DNA of 64,000 nt from Octopus vulgaris (taxonomy: Eukaryota), in contig OX597815.1 of assembly GCA_951406725.2 (NCBI GenBank), positions 77,190,001 to 77,254,000 of the forward strand, given 5' to 3'. Numbering within the stretch: the stretch's first letter is position 1; every line of letters starts with the position of its first letter. Made by a program: the position numbers and the translations under genes. Shown in pieces: positions 37,205-53,300 of the stretch. The notes beneath the pieces are model-generated. The model was not told the origin of the DNA. It saw only the letters and a list, made by a program, of their open reading frames with translations, and ran no database searches.

Positions 37205-37690
37205 ATATATTTCATTATAACATATATTCTCCGATTTTAAGCGACAATTTTTAAATACAAAAAAATGACCAAAACTAATCCCAGCCAAAATCGAATCCAC
37301 AACTCAACGGTTACACGGCCCCTTGTGCATCCGATTGGGCCAAACGCTCAACCAGCAATTTCAGCCAAAATTAATGAATATATATTTAATCTGTCTAATA
37401 CTACATATAATATTTGTAAACAAACCAGAAATGCTTTGTAAGTTACGGATCGAAAACAACTATGGAAGAGTAATCGAATAATAATAACAGTATAATAATA
37501 TATCATAATAATATATATTCTCCGATTTGAAGCGACAATTTTTAAATACAAACAAATGACCGAAAAATTATGAGCTAACCCAACCCAGAATCAAACTCCC
37601 AAATCAACGCTTACACGGTTCCTTACGCATCAATGGGGTCAAACCCGCACCCATCAATTTCAGCCAAATTTTATGAATATATATTTAAAT
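37205..37690. repeat. Diverged ~180-bp direct repeat pair
   Basis: atattctccgattt..agcgacaatttttaaatacaaa...atttcagccaaa...atgaatatatatttaa at ~37222 and ~37513. Confidence 0.7.
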
Positions 37691-37859
37691 TCCAAAGGTT
37701 TCTTTTTTATTCTTTTTCTGTTTGTTTCCTCGTGTTCCTTTCTGTTGAAGAGCGTAGGCTCGAAACGTAAAAGACTTTCTCACCTTCCTGAGCGTCAAAC
37801 TAATACACTTGCTTGTTGTTTATACACCTGTCTTCGTCTATTGTTTTTCTGTAAATTTC

Positions 37860-37862
<3 letters not shown>
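37690..37862 (+). mobile_element. Solo pLTR 3' fragment with CUGUUGA hammerhead-like motif (37738-37773)
   Basis: Similar to 24260-24410 and 28640-28790. Confidence 0.7.
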
Positions 37863-37914
<52 letters not shown>

Positions 37915-39658
37915 TGTGTGTGTGTATGTGTGTGTGTGTGTGTATTATGTGTATACTTTTACAAGGAAACGTTGACTATGACTTCGAAGTTTTGGCTTGG
38001 TCACCATCATCAAAGTATGACAACTGATAAAAGTATTGAGTTCTCTACTAGAAACTATTGAGTAATTCTTCAGTTTAAAGTTAAATTGTTTTTATATATA
38101 ACATGACTTTAAAACAAACACAGACAGACAGACAGACAAACAGACAGATAGATGTTATGTATAACTTCATATCTTTCTCGTCTTTGCTACCAGGAGTATT
38201 TTGAACTACGCCTTGTGCCTTACCTTTTGCATAGAGGCAATTTCCTCAGTTTAGCAGCGTTGAACTGCTTTGATCTCTGCTGTCAGTTTTAGTGTACACA
38301 GCGACCATAATTGAAAACAATAATCTAGATCACTTAGAACATCCACCACACGACTAATATGGTTTCTTGTTCTACGTTTTAAATCATCCTAGAAACCATC
38401 CCGCCATCTACACCGTTTTCAGGCAAGAGTAGGATAATTGCCTGACGACCACGTGGGTTAATAGTTTGCTGTCAATTAATAAATAGAATAGGTACCATTT
38501 AATCACTTTGCTCGAGGATGGGGATATAATACTGTTAATACAGTTCCACCCACTAGTCGTCTGCACGTTGTTACCATCTGGAAAATTCTCACATGCAACT
38601 ATACATCATTACTCCCCTTGATCCCTAGGTCACACACTGATTGTGATTCAAGGACTGCAGTCTCTCCTGGCTGCGGATATTAGTAGCAATGCGTTAGAGG
38701 GCTGATAGTGACATTTTTTGTAATTTTCCGTACTGTTTTCTTCAAATCACTTGCATATTGTTTGAGCCCTTTCGTTAAGTAGAACGTAATGAATTTTAAT
38801 GTGTATTAGGCCATAAATTTATGAAAGCACTTAATGATGCAAATCTCGGGATTAAAGTAGTTGAGAAAGAAGGAAACCCATCAGATCACAATAAGACATA
38901 CTCTGTCGATAGGACCACCATATTAATAGATCAAACCTAAAACTAGGAATATGATATATAAGATAAAATGCATAGCGGGTGAATGTTGGAACTCTATCAC
39001 ATCTTGCAAAGGGAAACCGCGCACAATTTGGCTGAAAAGATGGAGGTCACTGGCAAAAATATAGAGATAGAAAACCCACATTAGTCTCTACCAATATGAC
39101 GACACACTGAATAATATAACAGTCATAATTATATCGACATATCTATATGACGATACATGACGACAGATACATGAAGCTATACATATAAGAAATCGTCAGC
39201 CAATACTTAACGTAAAATGCAAAATATCAATGAGCTCCACCACTACCACCACCACTAATACTCGAACATAATCCTGCAGCATCACCACTCTATCACAGCT
39301 ATATGAAGACGCGTGTGTGTCAGGTACACATGACTCCCTGTGCCATGGATGCATGCGAGTAAGCATATGAATCCAAATATGATATTGATAGACATGGTGC
39401 CAATCAGGTACCATACTAGAAGTGGTTAAACATTCTCTTCTCCCCCACTTCCTAGCCTTGTACCTATGTTGGCATGATTCGTATAACCTAAGGCATATTA
39501 GAAATGTATTTATAAATAGTAGATTATGTATTCGTGAGCGTAATACATATTTAGAAGAATTAGCAATGATCACACTACCACTATCTGACACAGATACATA
39601 TGCCCTGGCATCACTATATCGTTGGGTAGATACATGTGAGTCTTAGCAGGTGTGCGTA

Positions 39659-39734
<76 letters not shown>

Positions 39735-39931
39735 CATACAACCAGCCAACCATGGAAATAGAAATACAATGTGTCCAAAAGAAAAGGGCGAAGGACCATC
39801 ATATACGCACACTTATATACGCATAACCTTAAATTTTATAAAAAGAAGTAACAGAGACTTAAAAACAACGAGACAGACGTGGAGGAACAAAGGAATATCA
39901 CTGATAGGTTAGGATGGCGATGGAAGGACTG

Positions 39932-40011
<80 letters not shown>

Positions 40012-40184
40012 CGATTGATTGATTGAACAAACGATTATTAAGCAATCAATTAGTTGCTTGGCTCATTAGTTATGTAGTGAAATAGAAACAGTGCATGTGT
40101 TACTTATTGGCAAAATGCCTCCGCCCCAACAAAATATAGAATATCAGTTTCAACACGATCTTATTAGCAGACTGGGATGCTCTC

Positions 40185-42400
40185 AATCATGATCTTTCAC
40201 AAGTTGATTGGGCCTTCACGCACGCATACACTAATATAAACACATCATGGCAGACATTTGTAGATACTGTGACAAATATATGCACAAAACATACTCCATT
40301 AAGATCAGTATACAAATCTAAGTGCAGAACCCCTAGAAATAGAAGAACAATTATCAGAAAAATAAAAGAATTAACAAGAAAATCAACCAACTGAAATACT
40401 GCCATCAGCAACGCACCCATTCGACTGCCATTGCATCACTCGAATCGAAAAAACCACGACCTCCAAAAAAGCCTGATGACCATCATTAACAGTCAAAGAG
40501 CAGCTGAATAGAGTTGGACCATTGAGAAAATAAAACTTAATCCCAAAATGTTCTTACAATTTTCAAAACAACATAAAGACGCTGTTTCCACTTTTGGTCC
40601 ACTGGTTGACGAGAACAACACTCTACATGATGATGCAAAATCCATGTACGAGATACTGCAGAGACTATACTGTTCTGTCTTCAGTAACGATAATGCGTTT
40701 GATCTGGTTAGTATCAGTGATGTAAACCCTAAACTAACCATATCTGACATAACTTTTGGTGCTCCTGATATCCTAACAGAAATAGATAAGATGAAGCACA
40801 ACTCGGCAGTAAGTCCCGATAAGTTCCCGGCCACTGTCCTGAAGATATGTCGACATCAAATTGCACTCCCTCCAGCTGAGCTCTGGAGAAACTCACTTGA
40901 TGCATGCTACATTCCTGATCATTTTCTTTCCCAGTCTGTCGTTCCAGTCTTCAAAAAGGGAAACAAATCTCTTGCAGTGAACTACCGTCCGATTTCACTC
41001 ATTTCTCATATCACTAAAGTATTTGAGAGGGTGGTGAGATCGCGAATAACTCACTTTCTCGAAGACAACAATCTGATGAACACCAACCAGCATTGTTTCC
41101 GTGAGCTTCTGCACCATTTTGATGACATCTTAAAAGCTTTGGGAGAAGGCTCCAACACTGACGTCATATACCTTGATTTCAGCAAGGCATTTGACAGAGG
41201 GGACCAGAAAATCCTGCTGAAGAAACTGTCCAGCATTGGAGTCCGTGCAAAGTTGCTGCAGTTGATAAAGTGCTTCCTGACGAACAGAACCCAACATGTT
41301 GTGTTTGAGGGAATACGATCCAGCTTAGCCAAAGTCAGTAGTGGTGTCCCACAAGGTACTGTGTTGGGCCCACTCCTCTTCATTATTTACATCAACGACA
41401 TTGTAGATGTCATCAAACATTCTACATTGTAAATCTTTGTAGATGATTCCAAACTCCAAAAAGCCATAAACGGCATGGAAGAGCGAACATGCCTTCAGTC
41501 AGATTTGTTTGCTATTGTCCAATGGGCGGAAATAACAATATGCTTTTAAATGAAGATAAGTTTGATTTGATCCACTTTAGAAAACAGAAAACTCTGAAAT
41601 TACCATGTGCTCTTTCCTCGGACGATTTCCTAGTGTCATCCAACAGCGCCAGAGACTTTGGAGTAATTGTTGATAACAATCTAAGTTGGAGTTCCTACGT
41701 AAACAGCAAGGTTTACTTGGCCCGTAACATGTGCTCCTGGATTCTGAGAACTTTCCGGTCTAGAGACGCCTACACCATCATCCTTCTCTACTCTACTTTT
41801 GCCCGACCCCACCTTAGATATTGTTGCCAACTGTGCCCCCCCCCATACGAAGCAACTCATTATGTAAGTAGAAGCACTCCAGAGGTCAATAACAAGAAAG
41901 ATAGACGGCATGAGAGGCATTGATTATTTGGGTCGACTAAAAATAAAATCAATCTCTACTCTCTCCAATGCCGCCGGGAGCATTACATCATTTGTGTTTT
42001 GTGGAAAATATTCCATCAATATTGCACAAGTGATGCTGGCATCAATTTTAAAATCCATTCAAGACTTGGCCCCCGTGCTATCCGCCCACTACAAAAATCG
42101 AACTTGGTACACATAGCAACATTACGTCACAATTACTTTACCTCAACCGGTCGAGCTTTCTTTAATGCCATACCAAAATAGTCAAAACGGAAACGGATCC
42201 CATAAAACTCAGATGTTCACTGGACAAATTTTTTCAAAAAATCCTGAACCAACCTCATACACCCGGATATATCTCCAACAACAATAACTCCTTGCTAGAG
42301 TGGGCTACGGCGCTCCGTATATGACTAAAAGACTTCACCAGGTGGTGCTATTAAGTTAGACATGGTCTGGGCCTATACTGGCCGAAACCTATCAAAGTTA
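40185..42400 (+). mobile_element. Same LINE in copy B, decayed but retaining its 3' end
   Basis: ORF 40548-41432 includes GVPQGTVLGPLLF; a stop precedes FVDD; frameshifted C-terminal pieces follow. Confidence 0.88.
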
Positions 42401-42472
42401 TATATACACGCACGCACACGTGTGTGTCTGCATGTGTATAAGAATTTATATGTACATATGTATTTGTGTTTT

Positions 42473-42504
<32 letters not shown>

Positions 42505-45500
42505 TGTATGTATGTATGTGTTTGTAATTTTTAGTTTGTTCTACTCTAAAACTTGCCTCTGCGGGACATAACTTGATCCTGGTGTTTATTTCCATACATC
42601 CTAGTTATTCCGCGATTTAGCAAAATAGATTATAAACACTAAACAATAGTCGACTGGGTCGATTAAAACCCCTGAGGGCAGAGACCGAGGACGAGTGCAG
42701 TTTGTGACCGAAACCAGTAAGACTATAAAAGGATAAAATGAGTGCACATATAGACTATATATATACACACACACACATACGCACACACACACGCGCGCGC
42801 ACGCACGCGTACACACACACATACACACACTTGTATTACTTATAAGATCTATGTGTGTAGCTTGGGAAAGTCATGTGGGCAATAAAAACACATGCCCCAT
42901 TGAATGTGTTTTTCTTAGCAAACTGACACTCCCAAGACACATCTGTTTTAACACAAGATTTCACTTCAAGAGCCTTGCAAAGCAAATAGACTGAAATATA
43001 CATACATACATTTTTTTTAAATCGGCACTCCGTCGGTCACGACGATGAGTGTTCCAGTTGATCCGATCAATGGAACAGCCTGCCCGTGAAATTAGCATGC
43101 AAATGACTGAGCACTCCATATTCACGCGTATGTTTAACCTTGTTCTCAGGGAGATTTGGCATGACGTAGAATGTGACAAGGTTGGCCCTTTGAAATGCAG
43201 GTACGACTCATTTTGTCAAGTGATTGGACTAGAACAACGTAAAAAAGTGTTTTACTCAATGATACAACGCGCCGCTGGGGATCGAAATCACGACTTTATG
43301 ATCATGAGCCGAATACCCTAATCATTATACCATACCCTTTCATTATACATCTATAGGTACATATATATTCATATATATGTATGTATGTGTGTATGTGTTG
43401 TTGTTGTTGTTGTTGTCGTCGTCGTCGTCGTTGTTGTTGTTGTTGTTGTTGTTGTTGTTGCTGTTGTTGATATTACGCATATTCCCAGCATTAACAAGGT
43501 ATTAAACATACTTAGAATATCGCTTACTTTTCTATTCCAATCTTTTAGCTGATAGTTATATTTCTGATTTTATCGAATGTTTCAAATATAATGCGAATGC
43601 ATATCTAAACCTTACTTTTCTCAGATTTTTATGATGTGTGAAGCTTTTGAAACTGTTTTAATGATGATTTATTGTTTGTGGCTCTAGGAAATACTATCCT
43701 TTTTGTTTTTACTGTAGACATTTTCTTGCAATTTCAAATTGCTAGGCAACACTTACAACTGAATTAACCCTCACACAAATCCGTTATATTCAGCCAGAGC
43801 TCTGGAGTTGACTATTTCTTGTTCTGGAATTTGATACGCTGATGAAAAGAAATGCCTGCTTAGCCGAACCCCTGAGTATGCTATAGGGAGCTGATAATGA
43901 GAAGAACACGGGTTGCTCTGTTCAACTCCAGCAACTCTTACGGACTGTGGCACTTGTTGAGACAAAAGAAAAAGGTATTGTAAAATGAAGGTTCTTGAAC
44001 TGAAATGGCATAACTGATGGGTTGAAGGGAATACGTGGACTGAAAGTATCTTTTGTCTTGCATCATTATATACTTTCAAATTATGTAACAGTATATTGGC
44101 TGCTCCTACTTTCAGCTGGAGACAGTTTGGAAAAGAGTTGAGAAATTTTGTTGCATCATTAACGTCAACTATGGTATGAACTGACTTGTACTGTCTGGAT
44201 TAGGTTGATATCTGTTAAATGATAGTAGTAATTAATATCCTGCACAATATCATCCTTGGAATCTACTATTGTTTGAATGTATTTGCATCCTCTACACGTT
44301 GATTTCTTAGGTTCTATTAGGGAGACTTTGATCAATAAGCTATATCTGACCATAACTTTAAATGGTGAGTGAGGGATATTTTGTGCCACTCCGTGACACA
44401 AAAGCAGTGAAATCTTTTTTTTCCTTAAAAAAATACAATCTATCTGGAAATGAGCAATCCAGTGAGTCTTTTTTTTGTCACGTCGAATGACCACATAATG
44501 TCTTTCTGTTGGTTCGTAGCTACAATGGTTGTTATTTTTGTTTCGTTTATGGTCGGCCCTGACTAAACAGACCTTTGATCGAAAGCATTCTAACCAGGAT
44601 CGTTCCTTCTATTGTTTCATGCAACTTGTATCTAACACTACATTATCGAATGTAGTCTTACTTTACCACCATTTTAAAGAAAGTAATATGTGATTTTTTT
44701 TTCGATGTTTTGTTGATATTTCTACAAGGAAGCGACTACATAAAGACTCAAATGTACGCAGGTTTTTATATTTTTGTAGAGATATTTAGTAGAAATATTA
44801 TTTAAGAATGCCGTTTCCATGGTCAAAAATAACAGGAAATCGTTCACCGCAATTATCTATCCAGCTGAAGTGTCGTTGCAATAAACTAAGATCTATTAAT
44901 AAAAATTAACTAAATATTTGGTCAAGCTGAAATTATAATTAGTAAGAGATAGAAAGATTAATCATTCATCTTTGTTAAATTCTTTTTCGACGTACGAATA
45001 AGATTGCGTTCATTATTTCTCCAAGAACACAGACAATTTTAAAACAACTTTTTGATAAATATTTCTTCCATTAGTTAAAGAAAAGAGGAAGATTATTTCC
45101 AAAACCTCTGTAAACTTTCCCAATCTGGTAAGCATACGATTGATGTCCAGTTTGATGACTGGTGGAGAAAAATATGAACGGCAAGAGGTTATTCTAGATG
45201 TGTATACTTCTGAGACAAGAGGATTGGGTAAAGTGGAAGAAAGTAAGGATGGTGTGGAAAGCGCGTGGCTTAGGGGTTAGAGCGTTTCATTCACGATCAT
45301 AAGATCATGGTTTCGATTCCTGGACCGCGCGGTGCGTTGTGTTTTTGAGTAAAATATAGTCCACTCAGCTGTAGATGAGTACCCCTGCGATGGATTGGCA
45401 TTCCGTCCAAGGGGAATGTTCTGATCTCGGTCACTTATACCCCACGTAAACAGAGCATCCCTGCTGATGAGCTCTAGTGTTCAAGACAGAACACACACAC

Positions 45501-46107
45501 TCACACATGCATGGTTTGGAAGACAAGAGGAAAAGAAACGGGTATGTCTCAATTGCTTAGGTGGACGGATGAATATGCAGTCACTTAGTCAAAAATAGAA
45601 ACAGATGTAGTAACAAGAAAAATAGAGGAAAATGAGAAGAAACAGTATATCTGTTTGCAAAATGTAGATGTTTTGTTGTACAAGAATAACTGCTGTTGCC
45701 GAAATAGTATCGCGCCACCGCCACACAAGGTCACCTGATTTCCATACAGCTCTTTCTTTCTTTATATTCTTATTGAATCCAGCTCATCACCCATCATCTA
45801 AGCTCTGCGACAATCCCTTCCAAATAAAGTCAACCCTCTGGAATTCTGCCCTTGTTCATATTTTTCCTGTTACCATCAACTGGAATATTTTTGTAACATT
45901 AATCGCGTTCATCTCACCGATCCAGGAGAACCTGCGAAGGCCAGGGAAACTGCACTTCCCTTCAGACTAAACTATTTAAATAAAAACACCATATCGGTGT
46001 ATATAACATATCAATGTGTGTGTGCGTGTCTGTGTGTGTGTGTGTGAGTGTCTGTGTGTGTGTGTGTGTGTTTGTGTGGGGGGGGTCTGTGTGTGTGTGT
46101 GTGTTTG

Positions 46108-46138
<31 letters not shown>

Positions 46139-46865
46139 CTGTGTGTGTGTGTGTGTGTGTGTGTCTGTGTGTGTGTGTGCGCGCGCGCGCGTGTGTGTGT
46201 GTAGTCTCACATGACAACCTTTTCGGAGATGAGAACAGAATCGATGTTTTGGACGTTCTCTTCTCAGTAAGACATGTCATTTAGCTTATCCGCCTCCATA
46301 ACAACTGCTTAAAAAAGAATCCTAATTAAAACACAAATTTTTATTTCTATATATATAAAAGTGAGGTTGTGTGCTGTCTGTCTCCTACGATTTAGATTCC
46401 TAACTACTCCCACATTTTGCGATGCAGTTTAACCAAAACCGGGTATCTTATAGTCGTGTTTCATATCGAGCCCTTCTGGGTATTAGCGCGCGTCTACGAT
46501 GAGTCTACGATTTAAACAAAAATTTACCATCAATTTTTCCCATTTTTAATGCATTTTTGGCATATATAAGGGAAGTAACTCTCTAAAAATGTATTATTAA
46601 ATCTCAGAACGTAAAAAGCTACAGTAACACCCCACCTTTGTGGTTAGCCATATTGAGATGGCTATTATACTTTACATCTCTAAAAATATTATATAGTTAT
46701 TTCCCTTACAAACCCGAGCAACGCCGGGCGATACTGCTAGTAAGATATAAATGTTAAACAATTATCCTTTCCACGAAAAAGTCAAAACAGCGCTTATATT
46801 TGCAATGTAATACAAAGTTTTCACAGTAACCAGATAGTATTTTTTCTTTATTTCCTAATTTTTAG

Positions 46866-47047
46866 TCGGCGTTTCCGATAAAGAGAAAGACTACATGATA
46901 AATATGCTTAGCAACTTTGTAATCGGTCGAAGCGGAGATAGGTATTCTATGACCCAAAGCTGTGAAGATCCACAACTAACAAAGACCTACATTTTCGATC
47001 TTGACGAGCCACTGGAATCGACTGATATTTTTGGTCGAAAATTTAAG
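46866..47047 (+). CDS. FABP/iLBP-like gene copy B, exon 2
   Basis: tttag|TC...AAG|gtaata; in frame with exon 1. Confidence 0.85.
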
Positions 47048-47131
47048 GTAATATATTTTATATTGTATTTTCTTGAATTATGTTGCTGTCGTCATCGTAG
47101 CTGTAGGAATATGGCTACTCTCTAATACATG

Positions 47132-47183
<52 letters not shown>

Positions 47184-47255
47184 CTCTCTCTCTATCTCTC
47201 TCCCCTTGCTAATCTTTATTTTTTTTCATTTTTTCTTCATTTGTTTTTGCATCAG

Positions 47256-47366
47256 AGCATTTTCAAATTGGTTAATCCTAACTATCTGACTGAAACCTGC
47301 ACTGAATGGACTGATGGTGTTATTGAGTGTACGTTCGAAATAACAGGCGGTGATACCATGACGTGG
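47256..47366 (+). CDS. FABP/iLBP-like gene copy B, exon 3
   Basis: atcag|AGC...TGG|gtgagt; SIFKLVNPNYLTETCTEWTDGVIECTFEITGGDTMTW. Confidence 0.85.
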
Positions 47367-47982
47367 GTGAGTATACTATTACTATTATGAAAGTAACTGC
47401 AGCCGAACCTACCAGAGATGTGCACAGGGCGACGAAACTGTTCTGCAAACAATCGCCCAGTGTCTAAAAATTACTGACTTACGTATAAACTCTAAATTTA
47501 TCGAGGCCAAGTTTGCTTTTCAAATTTAATAATAATAATGAAATTATTGTATACAGTGCTCAGGTGCAACACAACTTGTCAAAAGTGTGTATAAAGCATA
47601 TGTAGTAATGTACAAATGTCTGGAAAGTGAACAGTGTATGAGTCAGTTACACGCTTGCGTGTGTGTGGAAGAGAGAAAATCGGGTGTAGTGTTGGCGAAT
47701 CTCAGGAAGCATGGAAGTTTTGAAGGATGCAGTGCTCCGACAACTAACAACTGATGCCGGCAGTTTGTTCCATGCTTCAGCAACTCTTAGCGTGAAAATA
47801 ATGTTTCCGAAAGTCATGAAAGCTGTGCTGTTTTCTGACTTTGCAAACATGTCCACGAGTGTTAGACAGGTGGACTTTGAAAAGGTGCTCTAAATAAAAT
47901 ACCAGTTAGGTACACCCTATGTTAGAAATTATTATCATAATTATTATCATCATCACCATCATCCTCATCATCATCGTCGTCG

Positions 47983-48041
<59 letters not shown>

Positions 48042-48056
48042 GTCATCGTCATCATT

Positions 48057-48115
<59 letters not shown>

Positions 48116-48122
48116 TTTGTTA

Positions 48123-48161
<39 letters not shown>

Positions 48162-50398
48162 GACGGTGAGCTGGCAGAATCGTTAGCACTTAATCCCTTC
48201 CCCCAAATTTGAAGCCTTCTGCTTCCAGCAGAAAGAATTATTGTCATTATTACTACTACTACTACTACTACTACTACTATTCAACATTTGGTAATTTCAG
48301 GCAAATTTCTACTGCATCACCTGCTACACCTCGTGTTGCTGGGGTGTTTGCAGCATTGTGTGTTCATTTTTGTTGTTGGGAGTCTGCAAACTCGTCCCAG
48401 TATTGTATTGTGTCAGTTTTTTTATGGGCTGTGCTGCAGTCTTTTAATTATTATTATTATTATATGAAAACACAAAACTTATTTTGATGAGTATGATGGA
48501 AAGTGTCAGCTGTCCACATCCAGCAGACTAAGGTGACATTTGTTTATTGGTCATGCTTCAAGAACCCCGCGAAGAATTCTTGTAGTTCCAAGCAATGCTG
48601 AATTTTGTAAGTGTTCTACCTTTACACTTGCACCAATCTTTTTCAACCATGTTGGTAGTTGAGTGCTGATACTTCCAAGTGCACCACTTACTATTTGTAT
48701 CACGTCTACTCTCTTCATTGACCACAACTTTCATATTTCCCACTTTAAATCGTCATAGTTGTTTACTTTTACTTCTTTCACATTGATCGTGGTAAGTAAT
48801 TCTAAACTGATGAATACAGTCTTTCAACAATACTTTATCAATCTGTTTGGCGAGAAATGAGCTTTAAAGCCTAATACATTGGCTTTTCACGAATATATGG
48901 GGTGGTACTAAACACCCATATTACTATATTAAGGTAAGTGACAGACATAGGGAAGCTACTTAGAGACAAATTACTAAACTGTATGATCTTCTCTGTTCCA
49001 GTACGCCATATCTGTTCACCCCTGTTAAGGTTGATGTGTATCATTGTACCACTGCGGGGAACAGATTGAGAACATTCCTATTATGTGAGCCGAGATATAG
49101 ATAGATTTGGGGTGATATAATGAATATTTTTCATGCTTAATAACTGATAAATGCAGAGTTGAAGGTTTGGTCAATATGCCATTAGTAGTATTCGAGTTTG
49201 CAGAAACCTTGCCAAAATAATCCCCTCTTCAGATCATACATCATAGAACAATGTGGTAGCAGATCTAGTGCTCGTAAGCCTACGGTCAATCTAGATCAGT
49301 CGTAAGCGTAAGACGTTTTTGATGATTGGTTCCTTGCAGGTATCTTAAAAGAAACTATCGCTTAAATGTTATAATGGGGATGACAAATAATTGGGTAAGA
49401 TGCTAACAATTAACTACTTTATTTTGCCCTATTAAATATTTGACTAGTTTGGAATCCATTCTTCCTTTCGTTCCTTATGTTACCTTTCGTCAGAAAGTTA
49501 ATATATTACTAGCGTCCGTTTTTAGAGATCTCAGAATGCTGTGACTTAAAAATCACGGGCATGACTCAAGACTTTTGACTCAGGACTCTTCGCAGTATTT
49601 AAGTACATTGTTTTAGAATTTGAGTTAGATTTTGACTTTAAACTTGCATCGGTCAATAAGAACCAATCTAGTATCGGAAGCAATATGTTTTGGGGGCCGT
49701 ATCTACGTGACAAGAAATTTGCTTCCCAATCACATGGTTCTGGGTTCAGTCCTACTGTGTGCCACTATTGGCATGTGCTTTCAATAATAGCTCCGGGCCA
49801 GCCAAAGCCTTGTGAGTCATCATTGCCTTCTTTCCTGCCTGTCAGAGCTACAAATATCCGATTCAACAGAACATCGTACGTCTTCTTTCATTGTAGTTAT
49901 GGTCAATACTATCATTAGCATAGTTTATCGGGTTTTATATAGATACTGCCCGTTATCTAAATACACACAGTGTAGAATTCAGGTGCGCTTCGTTATTTAA
50001 CAATGCTCAGATCGAGTCTTCAATAGAAATAACTATATTGATGTGTACGCATATGTAAATACATTCCAGTTGTATATTTATTAATATCTCTACGGTTAAT
50101 AAGGCGTAGAGCTGGTAGAATCGTTAGCATAGCGGGCAAAATACTTAGCGGTATTTCGTCCGAGTTCTAAATTCAAATTCCGCCGAGGTCGACGTTGTCT
50201 TTCATCTTTTCGGGGTCCATAAAATAAGTACCAGTCAAGTACTAGGGTCGGTGTAATCGATTTACCCCCGAAATTGCTGGCCTTGTGCTGTCTCTACTTT
50301 TAATGTATGTTTCAGTTCGGTTTTTTCATTGATTATTTTCTACAATATCATACAAAATGTTACCACTTACTAATTGACATGTTATTACTCCATTTTAG

Positions 50399-50455
50399 AA
50401 AGTGAACTATAAAGGACATACCAGCACCACAATCTTGAAAAAAGTTGCTTCCTAG
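50399..50455 (+). CDS. FABP/iLBP-like gene copy B, exon 4
   Basis: Identical to 9673-9729; the spliced CDS of 73+182+111+57 = 423 nt gives 140 aa. Confidence 0.75.
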   Translation, partial: KVNYKGHTSTTILKKVAS

Positions 50456-52722
50456 ACATCAACTAAGAACAGCTACAATTCTTTCCTTCAAAATCAAACA
50501 GAAATTGAAATAAATATTTCTTGAAACACAAGCACTTGTTTCTCTTTTCTTGAGCTGTTTGTTTTTGCTTAATTGCTTTTGTTTAGCATGGAAACTGATT
50601 TGACATAAATGATACCTTGTTGTGTTAAATACCTTTCTTACGCGTTCCTGAGTTCAAATCTTACACATTTATTTGCCTCCGATTCAATAGATAATAGATT
50701 CTTCCTTAAAAACTGAGATTTATCAGAACACAATACCAAAACAACCTGTAATGATGTGTTGTGGTAGAGACTCTGGTAAAACAACTTGCATGACTTTTTT
50801 CAATTTTAGGTCGAAGATAATTAATTTCACATAACATTCCTATTGCTTTAAGAAAAGTATTGACATCACATAATCCGGTTAAACGTAACATGAAATAGTA
50901 GTTGGGTAAGATTAGGATTCCCCAAGGACATCAATTGCATATGTAAAATGAAATAGTTTTAAATGGAATCGAAATTGATTCGCTGATTCGTTGATCAGGC
51001 GGCTTTAATTAGACATTTATTATTAACTAGACTACCCGTGACCCGTTGGGTCACTGACGGTTCAGGTTATAAAACACTGAAGCTGATTTCAACATTGCAT
51101 TGAAATGAAAGTTGATTTTATGGTGATTCAGTTAAATATTTCAATTCGCTCGTGTCATCATAGGTCTGGTTTACAAGTTCATGTTTAAGGTCTTATTGAT
51201 TATTTACAGCATCTAATAGAAATAGCACTTTCGCGATAGACTTGAACTCCATTAACAGCGTTTCTTTATGGTATGTGTACAAACTTAAAAATGCAAAAGG
51301 AATTGTTATATACGTAAACGCAAAATTAATGGAAACAGTTTTCCCATTTCAGGGTTATGTTACTTTCGGAGTATTTTCCTATTAGGCACCGTTTTGGTTA
51401 TTTATGAAGGTACTCCCCACCAAAAGAAAACGCATATCTCGGGAATCTACAGTCCCATGTCTTATTCCGTTTGTATTCACATTTCAAGGGTACTTTACTT
51501 TCAAAATATTTTCCCATTATGCGCCGGATTGGCTGTATTAAACTACAGACAAGCACGCACGCAAGCAAGCACACAAACAAAACTGGCATAACTACACATA
51601 AATCTCGTTTGTTGAGTTTTGGTTTCACACCCAGCCCAGTTCTGCGCAATCAGTGTCGCGATAGGAACGCATGGGTTGGGAGTTTGACTGGCAGAGGTGA
51701 TCAAGTTGCACATGCCAGCCCTTTTGACACCAACTCCCCTCACCTAACACCCTCGTCCTATGAGTGAATAGCAATGATGAGAAGAAACGTGCTGATTCCG
51801 CCGAAAACGCAGAGCAATTAGAGCACAAAAAACAGCATTCAAAGTGATTTTATGAATATGACGCATTGAAGCAAGTTACGCAGTAAGGTCAATAGTTATA
51901 AGTTCATGAGACATAGAAGCACGTAAGACATCAAGGTTAACTAAGGTATAAATAATAGGTATGCTTTTTCGCGGAAGGCTAATTGGGTTCCCGACACTGA
52001 AACGGAGTCGGTTAGGTTCGGAACACAACTAAGCATTCAACTAAAACCTAGACTAACCTTACGGAAAGGGGGCTCGGGAGCCTCTAATATGCAGCTTCTT
52101 ATCCCGATCTATCACTAACCCATCCTAGGGCTTCTAAATGATATGGCTGTAGAGTAAATTGGCTGTCGATATGTGCATGGCGAGTTTGTTTCGAAGGAGG
52201 ACGACTGCATTGGATTAAGGACCATTGAAAAATGTAGCTTTGGAGATCCTAACTCGATAATTATTCTCTGCATTTCTCAAATCAAAAAAGCTTACACGTT
52301 TCAAAGCCAAAACACATGATAACGCCTTTTCGCAAAACACAAAAATGCGCTGAGACATTCAGACTATCTGCAAATACGCACGCGCATTCAACTGTCAAGG
52401 GTAAAATTATCTCCGTCCAATCAAAAAACAGCTGGCAGTCTATTGGCATATCTAGTTGTACGCACGCACCGCATACAAATTTCTATGTTTTAGAGATTTT
52501 GAATGGATATGCCCATAACTTATGGGCATAAGGGTTCGGTTTATCGATTTTTTGAATGGCTTTCTGGGGTGACTGGAGAAATGAAAAGATCTTTATGACC
52601 ACCCTCAGACGGTTTTGAAAGCCCATGGAAAATGCGAGCCTTTTACGTGAAAAACTGTGGATTTGTATAAAGGACACACAGATACACAGAAATTTTGCCG
52701 TTTATAGATATAGAGAAATATA

Positions 52723-52775
<53 letters not shown>

Positions 52776-53225
52776 GGTGTGTGGTAAGTAGCTTGCTAAC
52801 TAACCACATGGTTCAGGGTTCAATCACACTGTGTGGCACCTTGGACAAGTGCCGTCTACTATAGCTTCGGGCCGACAAAAGCCTTGTGAGTGGATCTGGT
52901 AGACAGAAACTGAAAGAAGCCCGTCGCATGTGTGTGTGTGTGTGTGTGTCTGTGTGTTTGTGTGCGTGCGTGCGTGTGTGCGTGTGTATGTATGTATGTG
53001 TGTATGTATGTATATTTGTGTATGTGTGTTTGTCCTCCCAACATAGCTTGACAACCGATGCTGATGTGTTTACGTCCCTATAACTTAGCGGTTCGGAAAA
53101 AGAAACCGATAAAATAAGTACTAGGTTTACAAAGAATAGGTCCTGGGGTCGATCTGCTCGACTAAAGGTGGTGCTCCAGTATGTCTTCAGTCAAATGACT
53201 GAAACAAGTAAAAGATGTGTATGTA

Positions 53226-53300
<75 letters not shown>

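Noticed and set aside
42365-42395. ggcc-tatact-ggcc GAAACC at the LINE 3' end
   Set aside because: Lacks the hammerhead core; more likely an ordinary LINE 3' stem-loop.
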